Shown here one piece after another: positions 1 through 11,137 of a DNA stretch of 64,000 bases (the stretch's first letter is position 1; each line of letters opens with the position of its first letter). The position numbers and the translations under genes were made by a program. This DNA is from Tricharina praecox (Eukaryota). The notes under the pieces were generated by a model. The model was given only the letters and a program-made list of their open reading frames with translations, was not told where the DNA came from and did not search any database. The DNA lies in assembly GCF_024521635.1 (NCBI RefSeq), contig NW_026250419.1:558001-622000 (forward strand), given 5' to 3'.

Positions 1-1441
1 TATCTCCTTTCCGTCCGCGCTTAGGTGCCGCAGCGTCAGGAAGAGATCGATGTCGCTGGGAGTGGGGCCTGTGGGGTCCGGCGTGACGGAGACGTTGAGG
101 TGCGCGACCACGTTGCCGGTGATTTCCGTTTCGGTCTCGAACGGCGCGGTGGTGAAGTGTAGGAACTGCGGGGACTGGATGCTTCCCAGTGCGGGGTAGG
201 AGACTTTTTGGTGGTGCGAAATCGTAGGGAGTTCCGTGACGAGGCCCAGGTCGTCGGGAGTGAGATGGTATTGTTGCCAGATGGTGCGTGCGATAGGCCA
301 TTCGAGCTCGGTACGCCGCGTGTAGGCCTTTTCGGCGATGGCGTTGTTGAAGCCTACGTCGCCTTTGCGGAGGACGAGATCGACCGGGGGCACCTTGCCG
401 GGGACCGACCAGCCGACGCGGTCATCGTCTTTGAGGAATGCGTCCAGAAAGCTCAGCTGGACTTCGACCTCCTCGTCGTAGTAGAAGGGGAGATCGTGAC
501 GGCCGGTGATGAAGCGCAGGTACTTGAGCTTGCTGCCGGCATGAACCCAACCCTCCACGTTCCCGCGGAGATGAAGTAGTATCCCGCCCCAATTGGCGAC
601 GGATAGCAGCGGAACAGTAACATCCTCCATGCTGTACTCCTTGCTCGCATAATACTCGTCATCACGAAACTTATTATTGCGGTTGTCGATATTCTGATCG
701 CGCCTGTTCTCTTCGAGCTCCTGCTCGCTCAATTCCCCACGGCCGTGCTGATTGACGACCACCTGTCGATTCCACCAAAACTTGATGAAGTTGTTCGCCA
801 GGATGCCGCCATGCCTGCACCGGTCACGATAGTAGTCACTCATTCCCTCCCAGGGCACAATCGCGGCGAGGCCCTTGGGCTGGCGCGCAGCAACCCGCCA
901 CTGCGAGCCGGCATAGTAGCTGATCCCCAGCAACCCGACCTTCCCGCTCGACCATGGCTGCTCGGACGCCCACTCAACCACATCGAAGAATGCCTCGGCG
1001 GTGCCGCGGGACATGGTATTCAGCCGCCCGGGGGACGCTCCGATGCCCCGCTCATCGCACCGGATCACAACGTACTCCTTCGACGTCCAGAATCCGGGAT
1101 CTGGCGTCTCCCATGCGGAATGTTCCGAGTGGTGCTTGGGGTTGACCTCTTGATACGACGGGAGCCGGAAACTTCCCCCATTCCGTTAGCACCACTTTCC
1201 AACCTCACAACCACAGCACAGGGACTCACTCGCGGTAGTGGATATCCTTCCCGTACGGGCCATACGTGACTAAGACGGGGAACTTCTTCCCCTCGGCGAT
1301 TGAATGCGGGAGGTAGATATTCCCCCGAACCATCTGCTGCGCACTGGCGTCCGAGGTCTTGAGAGGGATCGAGACATTCTGGCGGTAGATGTATGGGAAG
1401 CTCGTAGAGTCTTCGGTCGAGATGTCAGCGTGCGAAGACAT
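1..1441 (-). CDS. CocE/NonD family hydrolase (peptidase S15-like alpha/beta hydrolase); 3' end runs off the window
   Basis: Exon 1 1441-1230 (…KKFPVLVTYGPYGKD), intron 1229-1172 (GTGAGT…GCTAAC…AAG), exon 2 reads HSAWETPDPGFW…DERGIGASPG…GKVGLLGISYYAGSQW…AAIVPWEGMSDYYRD, containing the GxSYxA nucleophile motif of CocE/NonD enzymes; frame stays open to position 1. Confidence 0.9.
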
Positions 1442-2994
1442 GGTGGGCGGTGGTGATGATGGTAATAATACTGCGGCGAATTCGACACTTCCAACGCGGG
1501 GAAGAAGGAGGTTTAACTACATGAGACATCTACAGCTTCGGATGTGGGGGACAGGGATCTGGACCTTCCCCCACATGGGCCGACGCGGATGCAGATCTAA
1601 CGGGAACCGAAAACGGAGAACTGCGAGTGATGATCCTTAAGTCCGCATGAACCCAACAACCGAACCCCCCCACCTCCGAATGCGGACCGATGCGGATTCG
1701 GAGATAATGGCTTCTGCAGCCTTGTCGGCGTGTGTTGCGGAGACCGAGCCGAGTCGATGTGAGTTCGGCCATCACCCTTCTGATTGGGCTAACTGGCACT
1801 TGGAGGTGTCGGTATGTGTGAAGACTTCTGAAATTCTGCGGGGCCTTCGGTGTCCATCACGGACTGCATAGTAACGGTGGTCGGTATTTACTGCCTCATG
1901 TCACCATCATTGCGTGTCTTTCGAAGACTCACGACTGTCACAGCACAGTTATATCATGCATGTAGGTAGTTGCAATTGCGTGTTGAATAAACGAGCTACC
2001 TAGATCGTGGACCTTGAGGTAGGTGCGCCATCGCTGAGAAGCGCGCAGGTCTCCTTCGAGTTCTGAACTAAAGTTACCTACTCCCCAATGACATACTCAC
2101 ACCCCCCAGCCCCAATCCAAACTTCATGTAGCTGTCGCTTCCCCACATCCACCAACGCGCCAGACCCGAACGTTTCCTTCTCCCCAGATTCTAGCGATAT
2201 CGTCATTTCGCCGTCCAGTATCAGATGGGTCGTCGCAGTGGCATGCGTGTGCGGTGGGTAATGCGCGTTCCTTTGTCCGCCCAGTTAGCGAGTGCGACGG
2301 AGAGAGGGGGCGGGGCGGCGCGGGCGGGAAAGAGAGAGAGAGAGAGATACGGTGAGTCGCGCCACGTGTAGACATGCTTGTAGCCGAGATTTCGGACAGT
2401 CGATTCGGCTTCTTTGCAGGTGGGCATGCTCTCTGTGTTGTGTCCGCGGGGTAGTATTGAGAGGATACGATGCGGAGCTCGGGGTGGTTCACCGTTCATG
2501 ACGTAGACGTGGGATCAAACGCTTGTGCGACGGCAACACGACGCGCATGCTACTATCCGTCACCGGCGTGATCCCAACACGGCCTGCGGGCTCGCCATAA
2601 CTTCGTATCGAATGGCATCTTTCGGCGAGAACGTGGGCGGGGCCGGCCCCTGAGCTGCTTCTGTCGGGATCCACGAAACTGGTGATCAGACAGTTGCACG
2701 TGCTCGGAACTTCCGATATCGGCAATTTCCTACGTGAAGATGGCGAAGGGCAAGGCAAGACATCAGGGCCAACTAAAAAGACCCCGCAGACCAGACGGTT
2801 GCCAGATGGTTGGAGTAAGTAGGTTGAAGGTAATTCGATGATGAAACAAAACCAAGAATCGGTTGGCTGACTGTGAGCTTCAGGAACCTCCGTCCAGTAC
2901 TCGCACTACTAGCGTCGCACATCGGATTTCCAGAGGTGCAATTTGCACACCGAATCGAGGGACATTCCCGTGAAAGCACTTTCCGTATTCCCTC

Positions 2995-3262
2995 GACTGC
3001 CGACTCTTCAGTACCTGCAGGGGCTTTTCCACATTCCCTCGGGAACAGCTTCCCTCAATTGCAGCTTCCATAAACTTTCGGCTCTTTAGCACCTCCAGGG
3101 GCTTTTTCACACTCCCTCGACTACAGCTTCCCCCGACCTCCGACTCTTCAGTAACTTGAGGGACTTTTCCAGTGTCCACATTCCCTCGAGAACAGCCTCC
3201 CCCGACTAAAGCTTCCCTCGACGTCCGACTCTTCAGTACCTCCAAGCTCCAGTGGCCTTTCC
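2995..3262. repeat. Degenerate minisatellite, about 4 units spaced 62-85 bp
   Basis: Core CGACTCTTCAGTACCT-like sequence recurs at ~3001, 3079, 3141 and 3226, the first three followed by TTTT(C)CAC(A)…CCCTCG…ACAGC. Confidence 0.75.
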
Positions 3263-6200
3263 ACCGTCTCCATCTCCGTCTCAATGTCTCCACGAAATCT
3301 CGAGAGTCAAAAGGCCAAACTGCTATCATAGTAGACTTCCATCCATCCGAACTTCCCCTGTCCGATCCGTTCTGTTCTGTTCTGTACATACCGACTCGCA
3401 CCTACCTAAGTAAGCGACCTATGTACACCAACATGAAACACCCCGCCTTTTTTTCTCCGTTTCGTTTCGATGCACCGTGCATACATACGGCTTGCAGATG
3501 TCAAACAACCACCTACTTGGTTAGCTTCTTCCGACGAGGTGGTGGGGTGGAGAGGTGGAGAAGTGAGGTGAGGGGAGAGGGGGCATAGTTATGCACCGTA
3601 TGGGGTGTCTGCGTCTGTGCCTGCGTCTGTTCTATGTGTATATTGTGAGGTTCTGAACTTGCGGCGGGTGTTGGTTGGCTGTGGGCCTGTGGCAGTGAGA
3701 TGCGGTTGGACGGAGAGCAAGACATAGAACAGCTATTGCAACTTGCAGGATGACGATTGAGTTGGGAATATGCCATCGGAAACATATGTAGGACCGTAGG
3801 TATCCAGCTCTCTTAACTACATATTCTGGAGTTCCCACCCTTTTCTGGAGCCGACAATCAGGCCCACATATGCAGGTAGATAGGGATACCGCCGGATTGC
3901 CGAAAAGGAAAACGGTGACAGTACTGTTGCCGAGGTGGTTACTCAGGAATCAGTACTGCCCGTGTATATACTCTACAGCAGTACGCAGCCTCCGGGGGTT
4001 AGTTAGCGGTGGCCGTGTGCCGCCTGGCAGCCTGGTACATACCGGTACTACATAGGAAGATGCTATTCCGCGCTCCAGCGGCTGCAACAGTACGATTCGT
4101 TCCCGCCGTGCTCCAGTAAAAGCGCTGATGCTGCTCAGGAATGGTGACTGGCTGACAGCCTGACAATAGTAGACCGTGCGGTTAATGATAATGCAGGTAT
4201 CGTGATTCGAATCGGCTCAAGCGGGTGGGCTGCGCTCAACTGGCTGGCCCATTCCAGTCTCCAGGGCCCAACAACTAATCCTAGAATGAGGATGTACGGT
4301 ATCCCTATGTAGAGCGAAAATTGCATCCCGAGGGATCAAGCCTCAAGGTACCGATTTGACGTGTGTGTGGCGCGCTATGTAGATAACCATTTGGACAGCC
4401 AAAACCTTCACAGCTCTACGGTACCTCACGCTTTACCGTAATCCGTCTTCCTAAGTTCCTATGTATCCAGGGTCTCGACTCTCGACACAAAAGAAAGAAA
4501 TAGCTTCCTCTACATACGGGGCACCGGGGCGTGTCCTCCATTCATTCTTCGTTCGCCCTTTCCAGACGCGACTAGAAACGGGGAGGAGGCGAATCTGAAG
4601 GAGTTGCACCGCAACCGCTGCTGTGGGGTGTCGGGGGGAGGGGGATGCAACAACTCACGAGGCGAAACGCGAAAAGTCTCACGCAGCGACCCCGTGCCAA
4701 TGGATGCCCTCCCTCTCATTCTGCCTCAACCGCCGTGCCCATGTCCCCTCATCCACCCCCCTCCTCCCCCATGGGATTCGCAAGAACTGGATCACGGACG
4801 AAGAAGGAAATAGAGAAACCCCCTCCAGCTGAATCAATAGGGAGAAAAGAAGAAGAAAGCAGAAGGGGATCGACAGGAATAGTTATGCTCGCGACGTGTG
4901 CGAATTAATTGGAGTGCTCGGTGCGGCTAGGCGGACCTCGCGCGATCGAAAATTCTCCTAGTTTTTTGTTTTGCAAATGTGAAACAACGGTTCGAAGCTC
5001 TTATCCGGGCTGCCGGGTCGCGCGATCAGCGTGAGAAGACGATTGGCTTTTTCTTTCCGTCGCGGCTGAGATGCGGGCGCCCGTGGGCGGGGGAGGCTAC
5101 TGATAGAGGCAGTTGGAGCCCCATTTCCCCGGCGGCGATACATATGATGTACGCAAGCCAGCAGGGGATGTTGCGGCTTCGGGCAGGCGGCCGTGGTTAA
5201 CGGCAATTCGTGCTAGGTTAGGTACCAGTACATGGACTGCGGTGAAAATCCTGTCAGTCTTGGGGGGAGAACTCAGAACACTGCGTGCTCAATCGGTCCT
5301 GTCTCCTTTGACTTACCGCTGTGCCCCCCTCCCCTGTGTTGTCTTGATACTTTATTTCCAGCTGCCACTGAAAATGGGGCTCATAGAAGTAGCCGCCAAT
5401 CAGAAGCCGCTGTTCAAGAAGGTACATGATACATCTTGTAGCACAACCGACCAGCTTGCCGCCGTGCAGGCGCATCCGTCGGGAATGGTCTTTTGTCTGC
5501 GGATGCAGGAACAAAACGTGAAATGCTCACTGCTCACTGCTCAGCCGCAGTCGTGTCGGCCCTTGTCGTCCTCTCGGCCACTCACGGCGCTGCGACGATG
5601 GGAGTTGCGTGCAAGGGCAAGGGCGAGAGCGAAGTGCCAATGGCCTTTCGCTCACTAGTGTGGTTGGTCCGATTCGCATCCCGGCCTAGCTCACACACTC
5701 CGTGACGTTTCAGTGCTGTCTACAGTTTGTGAGGAATTGGTTGGCTCACAGTGAGAGCGCCAACCAGCCGATATGTTCGAGGCAGCAAAGCGAGATGCGT
5801 ACCCCCTCCCGCCGCCTAGAATCCCATGTGGGGTTTCTACTTAACACACCGCTTCGGCACCCCGATATCGATTCGATTCACTCTCGACATTCACAGCCGT
5901 TCTCCCTCACATTTCCTTCTCTTCTCCCCCAGGTCCTCCCCAACTGTGTTGGCGGCCACTTTTCTTTCTCAGTTACATATTTCCACTTTCAATTCTCGCC
6001 TTCTTTCCACCCTTTTCGGGACTCTTGCCTCGTCACACTCTGCGAGTGATAACTGTTTTGGGGATAACCTATTGAACCACCTTACCTACTCGTTTCAACC
6101 ATTCCATCTGGGTCTCGGGTAGATCACGGTTCCTTCCTTCTCTTCTTCCTCTTCCTCGACATCCCACTCTTTCCCCACCTCCCCATCCCCCTCAATTCTC

Positions 6201-6514
6201 GACGAGCAAGTAGTCTCTTCATCACCTTCGTTCCTGATACTCCCCGGTCCTTCGCCTTGCACACATTCTTTTAACACCTCCGCAATCATTCCTACACTCG
6301 GAGCAACTTGAAGCAAGCCGTTGGCCTTCCTTTCTTTACCAGAAAACCCGAAAATTCTTCCCAGAGCTTTGAGAGCTTGACCCATTCTTTGAAAAACAAG
6401 AAGAAAAAGAAACAAACAAACAAAAAAGGTGTGTTTGCACGGAGTGGGCTTCGTTGTGGAGGTGAAAATGACTGACAAACATCAAGGACTTATATATACG
6501 CACCCTTCGACATC

Positions 6515-7992
6515 ATGAAGTTCACTCTTTCTTCTGCCCTCGTGGTCTTGTCCGCGGTCGTCTCGACCGTACTCGCCGCACCACACCCGGCTTCTGCTAG
6601 CAGTGTTGCCACCTCTACTGCTGGTAATGCTCCAGCTGCCAGCAGTGCCGCTGCTACCAACGGCACGGACGAGGCCGTCGAGCAGGAAACTCCCAGCACA
6701 TGGACCGTCATTGTCGACAATGACGACCCCCGCACGCTGGAGCAGATGATTGCCGATATGGGGGACGTCAAGGTCAACCGCATCTACAACAACACAGCGT
6801 TCAAGGGCTTCTCCTGTTCCATGGCCTCCAACAGAGCCAGCGTCATGTCGATGACCGGGCTCAAGACTTTCGAGCGTGATATCGAGATCAAGGTCGCGGG
6901 ATCCCAGGTGAACGCACCGTGGGGTCTGCAGAGGTTGAGCCAGGGACAAGCCATCCAGTCCGCTGGTGGTCTGGATGAGGCGAAAATCGCGGCTATCGAC
7001 TTTACGTATCAGTTCGAGGGTGGACTCAATCAGACTGGGGCCCTAGGCAAGGACGTCGATATCTACATCATCGATACCGGTATCAATGTGGATCACGTCG
7101 ACTTTGATGGCCGTGCTAGCTTCGGATTCACTATCGACGACGAGACCGACAGTCAGGGACATGGGTATGGTTGCATCATTTGTTTTTGGGTTGCACGGAT
7201 ACTGACGTACAATTAGAACTCACTGTGCTGGTACTGCGGCTTCGACCACTTTCGGCGTCGCAAAGAATGCAAACATCATTGCCGTCAAAGTCCTCGGACC
7301 GGACTCCGGTTTCACTTCCGATATCCTGGCCGGAATCGACTGGATGATGCAGAACCACGAGAAGCGCATGAAGACTGGAAACTTTGCCGGCTCGGTCGCA
7401 TCCATGTCCCTCGGATCCCTCGAGCCCTCGACGTCCCTCAACGAGGCCATCGCCCAGGCCAACGCGAACGGAATCCACTTCTCCGTTGCCGCCGGAAACG
7501 AGGAACGTGATGCATGCCTGGGCAGCCCCGGCTCGGCAGTCGTCAACGATGCGAGCAATGCCATCGTCGTTGGTGCTACTACCATCACCGACGAGCGTGC
7601 CTCATTCTCGAACTTTGGCGACTGCACCACCCTGTACGCACCCGGCCAGGACATCACCAGCACCTGGGTTGGAAGCACGAACAAGATCAACACTATTTCC
7701 GGAACAAGCATGGCCTGTCCTCGTACGTCCCTCTTATCCACTTCCTTCTTCTTATAAACACATACTAACCGGTCCCTCAGACGTCTCCGGCCTGATCGCC
7801 TACACGCTCAGCCAGAACCCCTCGCTCAAGACCGACACGAAGGGAATGAAAGCGTTCCTCGTACAGAGTGCGCAGGATCTCGAGATCACGGAGCCCTCGG
7901 GCGACACCGTAACCGTCAAGTACGCAAATAACGGCTTCATCGCCCCCCGCACGGGCGCGAAGCTCCTCAAGCGTACCTTCTCGCGTCTCTAG
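6515..7992 (+). CDS. Secreted subtilisin-like serine protease (S8, proteinase K-like) with I9 propeptide
   Basis: Signal peptide MKFTLSSALVVLSAVVSTVLA; APWGLQRLS; catalytic triad IIDTG (Asp), GHGTHCAG (His, spliced across intron 7165-7216), GTSMACPHVSG (Ser, spliced across intron 7723-7780); AAGN oxyanion motif; probable 5'UTR intron 6429-6486. Confidence 0.95.
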
Positions 7993-9506
7993 ACTCGTCC
8001 CACCCTTGCCGCGGCTGTATAGACATCTTTTCATTTTTTTTCTCCTTCATAGTACTCGGGGCTTGCATTGCATTGTTGGGGAAGGCTGGGGGGGCGTCAT
8101 TTGCTTTCGTGTTGTTTTTTTTGCTTCTTGTTTTTTTCTTCTGCTTCTTGGGGCAGGGGGGGGGGTGCGATGAGGAGGAGGGGGGGACAATGGGACTGCG
8201 ACGGTGATGGTGAAAACTCCCATAGGTACTATGGGAGAGACAGGCCGAAAGGGAAATAATAAGTTCATGTATTCACACCCTGTATAGTATTATTCATACA
8301 CGGAAAAATATGGAACTATGGACAAGGCCTGTTTGACTAGATAACTGTGTTCATTTGTCGACGAATTGATGCGGGTCTGATGTGGTGAGATCATGGTCTT
8401 TCGTGAATCGTGACGTGTGGAAATAGGTGGTAAACGGTTGGGGCGCGCTTAGTAGACTAACTAGTAGTCTGCGATCGTCGTAGGCCTTTCCGGGTGAGGA
8501 TGGGCGGCGGCGGCTGCGACTGTCTAAGACTGGTGGGGACTGGTGGCTTTGAGGTTGGGCGTAGGGTGGGCGGCTATCTGCATCCACGCATCAACCCTCG
8601 AATTGTCTGTCGCGCGAGAGTGGGGGCAAGTTCATGCGCATAAGGCATCGATTTCTTCTTCGATTCACACAAGTTATCTGCTCGCGAGCTGCGACAACAG
8701 TACTTTTTTTCTTCACATCAACTCACTCCTCTAGAAGTTGAAACCCTCGAGCTCCGCTCTCCAACCGATCGGCAAGTCATGTGATAAGCCCCCCCCCCCC
8801 CCCACTCGGCACGGTAGAAGAACAGGGCCATCAGCACCTGCTGTCATACAGAAAGTGGACGGGAGGTGGGCGGGTACACATGCGTGCTTCGGCTTTTTGT
8901 TCTTGAATCTTGTCCTCTGCTCCGAGCTTTACAGATGGCGAGTGATAACTCATATTACACGTCGGCACTTCGTGTTGAAAGCGACACCATCGAGTACGAA
9001 AATGCCCGAAAGCAATACCCACCCTGTGGGTTGACGGACCTTGCTTGAGACAAGACTAATGAGCGGTACCGTGACTTTTCGCGGAGAGACTGGATTAGCC
9101 TTCGGCTTCGGATCTTCGGTTTCCTGGTGTTCAACTACTGTGCACTGTGCACTGTGCAGAGGCTGTATTTGTTTTGTTTCGCTCTATCATGCTCCCGATT
9201 CGCTGGGTCATCTAGGTTGTGGCGGCGTATGGTCGTGATCACCTCCATTTCGTCGTATGTGCCAAGGCAGTTGCTCTTCACACAGAATCTCACAACATCT
9301 CACTCATTTTGCTGCAACCGACGAGTGGATGGCCTTCTTGGGACTAGTCACGTGTACAGCCGTAGTGGAGGGTGTTCACGACTTGTTTCCTCCTTGTACT
9401 TACATTTTCCCCTTCCTGTTCACAGTTCAGGTGATTGACTCGGTGTGGCACTACCTATCACTACCACAATACCTCGCCACATCTACCACAACCATAGTAC
9501 CATACA

Positions 9507-11137
9507 ATGCCGGAAGCTATAACGTACTACGACACGTGCAGGATGCTGCAGCAACTTCCGTCCTTCAGTTTTACTTTGTATTTCCATACAGCAAACTTCA
9601 TGAAGGCCTCAAGCTCTGCCGTCAATGACGTCGCTGTTACTTCATCCTCGTCCAGCAACATACCCTCCAGCCAAACTATTGCTTCCACGGCCTCCCAAGC
9701 CTCAGCAGCCTCCTCATCTGGCAGTCCCACCCATGTCCATTCGGACCTGCAAACATTGATGAAGCACGATGATGCCACCCAGAAGACTCCTCCTGTCGGC
9801 ATCCCTTGCTCTGAAGTATCGACCTTCATCAACGACCTTGACGCCAAACACGGTGTCGACGACAGGGTTTACGATCCCAAGACATGTCTACACCGGGGAG
9901 AAGAGCTAGGAATCCGTATCGGAACAGGTCAATGGTTGGTCGCCCATATGACACAACAGGGCCATATATTCCCTATGAGACGGTGGGAATACTATATGAT
10001 TGTTCGTGGGGAACATCCCATGGGTTCACAGCTGCCGCTTCCTACAGTCGCCCTGGTCGGCGATGTCCACTGCATCGTTGCCTACGACCACACAATGCAG
10101 TTCCAGTTCTTCTTCCGCAGCGAACCGTGGTGGGACATTCGTTGGAACGCCTGTCCCATCAGTGAGTCCGAGGAGTAAGTGAAGTGCCTTCTGTGGCGTG
10201 TATTCTCCCTTTGGTTATTCTGACAGTGGTTAGATTCGAGCAAGGCATCCGTTCCGCCACCAACCGCCTCACCCTATTTACCGCTGCTATACGTTAGGAG
10301 ATGTGCGATTCCTCGCAGAATCAGTTATGGAACGGCATCGGTGAATCCCACGCCGATGAAATCCTGTGGGGGGCCAGCATCTTCCCGGGCACACCTACCA
10401 ACACCGTCTTTTTGGACGCAGCTATGCGGGAGCGTCTACTAGATTCCATCAGACGGTTCTTTGCCCATGTTCGCAGCCGCGAATACACCGCCAAAGTTTC
10501 TGCCAAATCCACCTCTCCCTGGGCCTTGGACATCCACCAGCGTATCACAGAGTTCCATAACAGCTTCACGCAGGTGCACAGGAAGACTGTCGCCCGGTGA
10601 CACACCGCCATGATTCCGGCCATCAGAGCCCAGGGTTAAGATGTCCAGTTCGTTGTGGAGAAGGACGTACCGCCGGCTGCCAGTGTGGATGCAGTCCCTG
10701 CACAGCCTTACCCTCTCACCTGGTTCCCCAAGGAGCCCTACCAACTCGTCAAGGTGTTCTGCTACGGCAAGAAGAAGCCGAATGGTGGCGGTGGTGGCAT
10801 TGCCGTCGCGCGGCTCTCCACCGTCATGAAGCCCAGCGATACGGTTCTGGAGGAATTGCAGCCGGAAGAGCTGTCTATCGAGGAGCTGGACCGTGACGCG
10901 GACAGCGCCGGAATTCCCGGGCTGGGCATTGGCAGCTTCCACTACTTCCTGCAATGGAAGGAGTGCAAGGGGGAGAACGAGCAGGCGATACCCGAGCAGT
11001 TGCACGGCCATGTGGGCGGAAAGATGAAGTTGGTGCGTACGGGAGCGGTGGGAAGACCCCGCCGAAAGATGAAGACGGCCCTCAATGAGGCAGTTCCCGA
11101 GAAGGAAGATGCCCACAGGGATAAGAAACATCGTTAA
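9507..11137 (+). pseudogene. Divergent Fpg/Nei-family DNA glycosylase-like gene with three in-frame stop codons
   Basis: N-terminal MPE; HRGEELGIRIGTGQWLVAHMTQQG resembles the Fpg RGK-x-L…HLGM-x-G strand; intron 10175-10233; H2TH-like NQLWNGIGESHADEILWGASIFP; ORFs 10301-10600 and 10655-11137 share one frame; stops TAG 10295, TGA 10598, TAA 10637. Confidence 0.7.

Noticed and set aside
208..1269. Plus-strand ORFs of 123 and 174 aa
   Set aside because: Antisense shadows of the minus-strand CocE/NonD hydrolase exon.
5113..5658. 181-aa ORF upstream of the subtilisin
   Set aside because: Non-ATG start, no recognisable domain, and it lies in the presumed upstream regulatory region.
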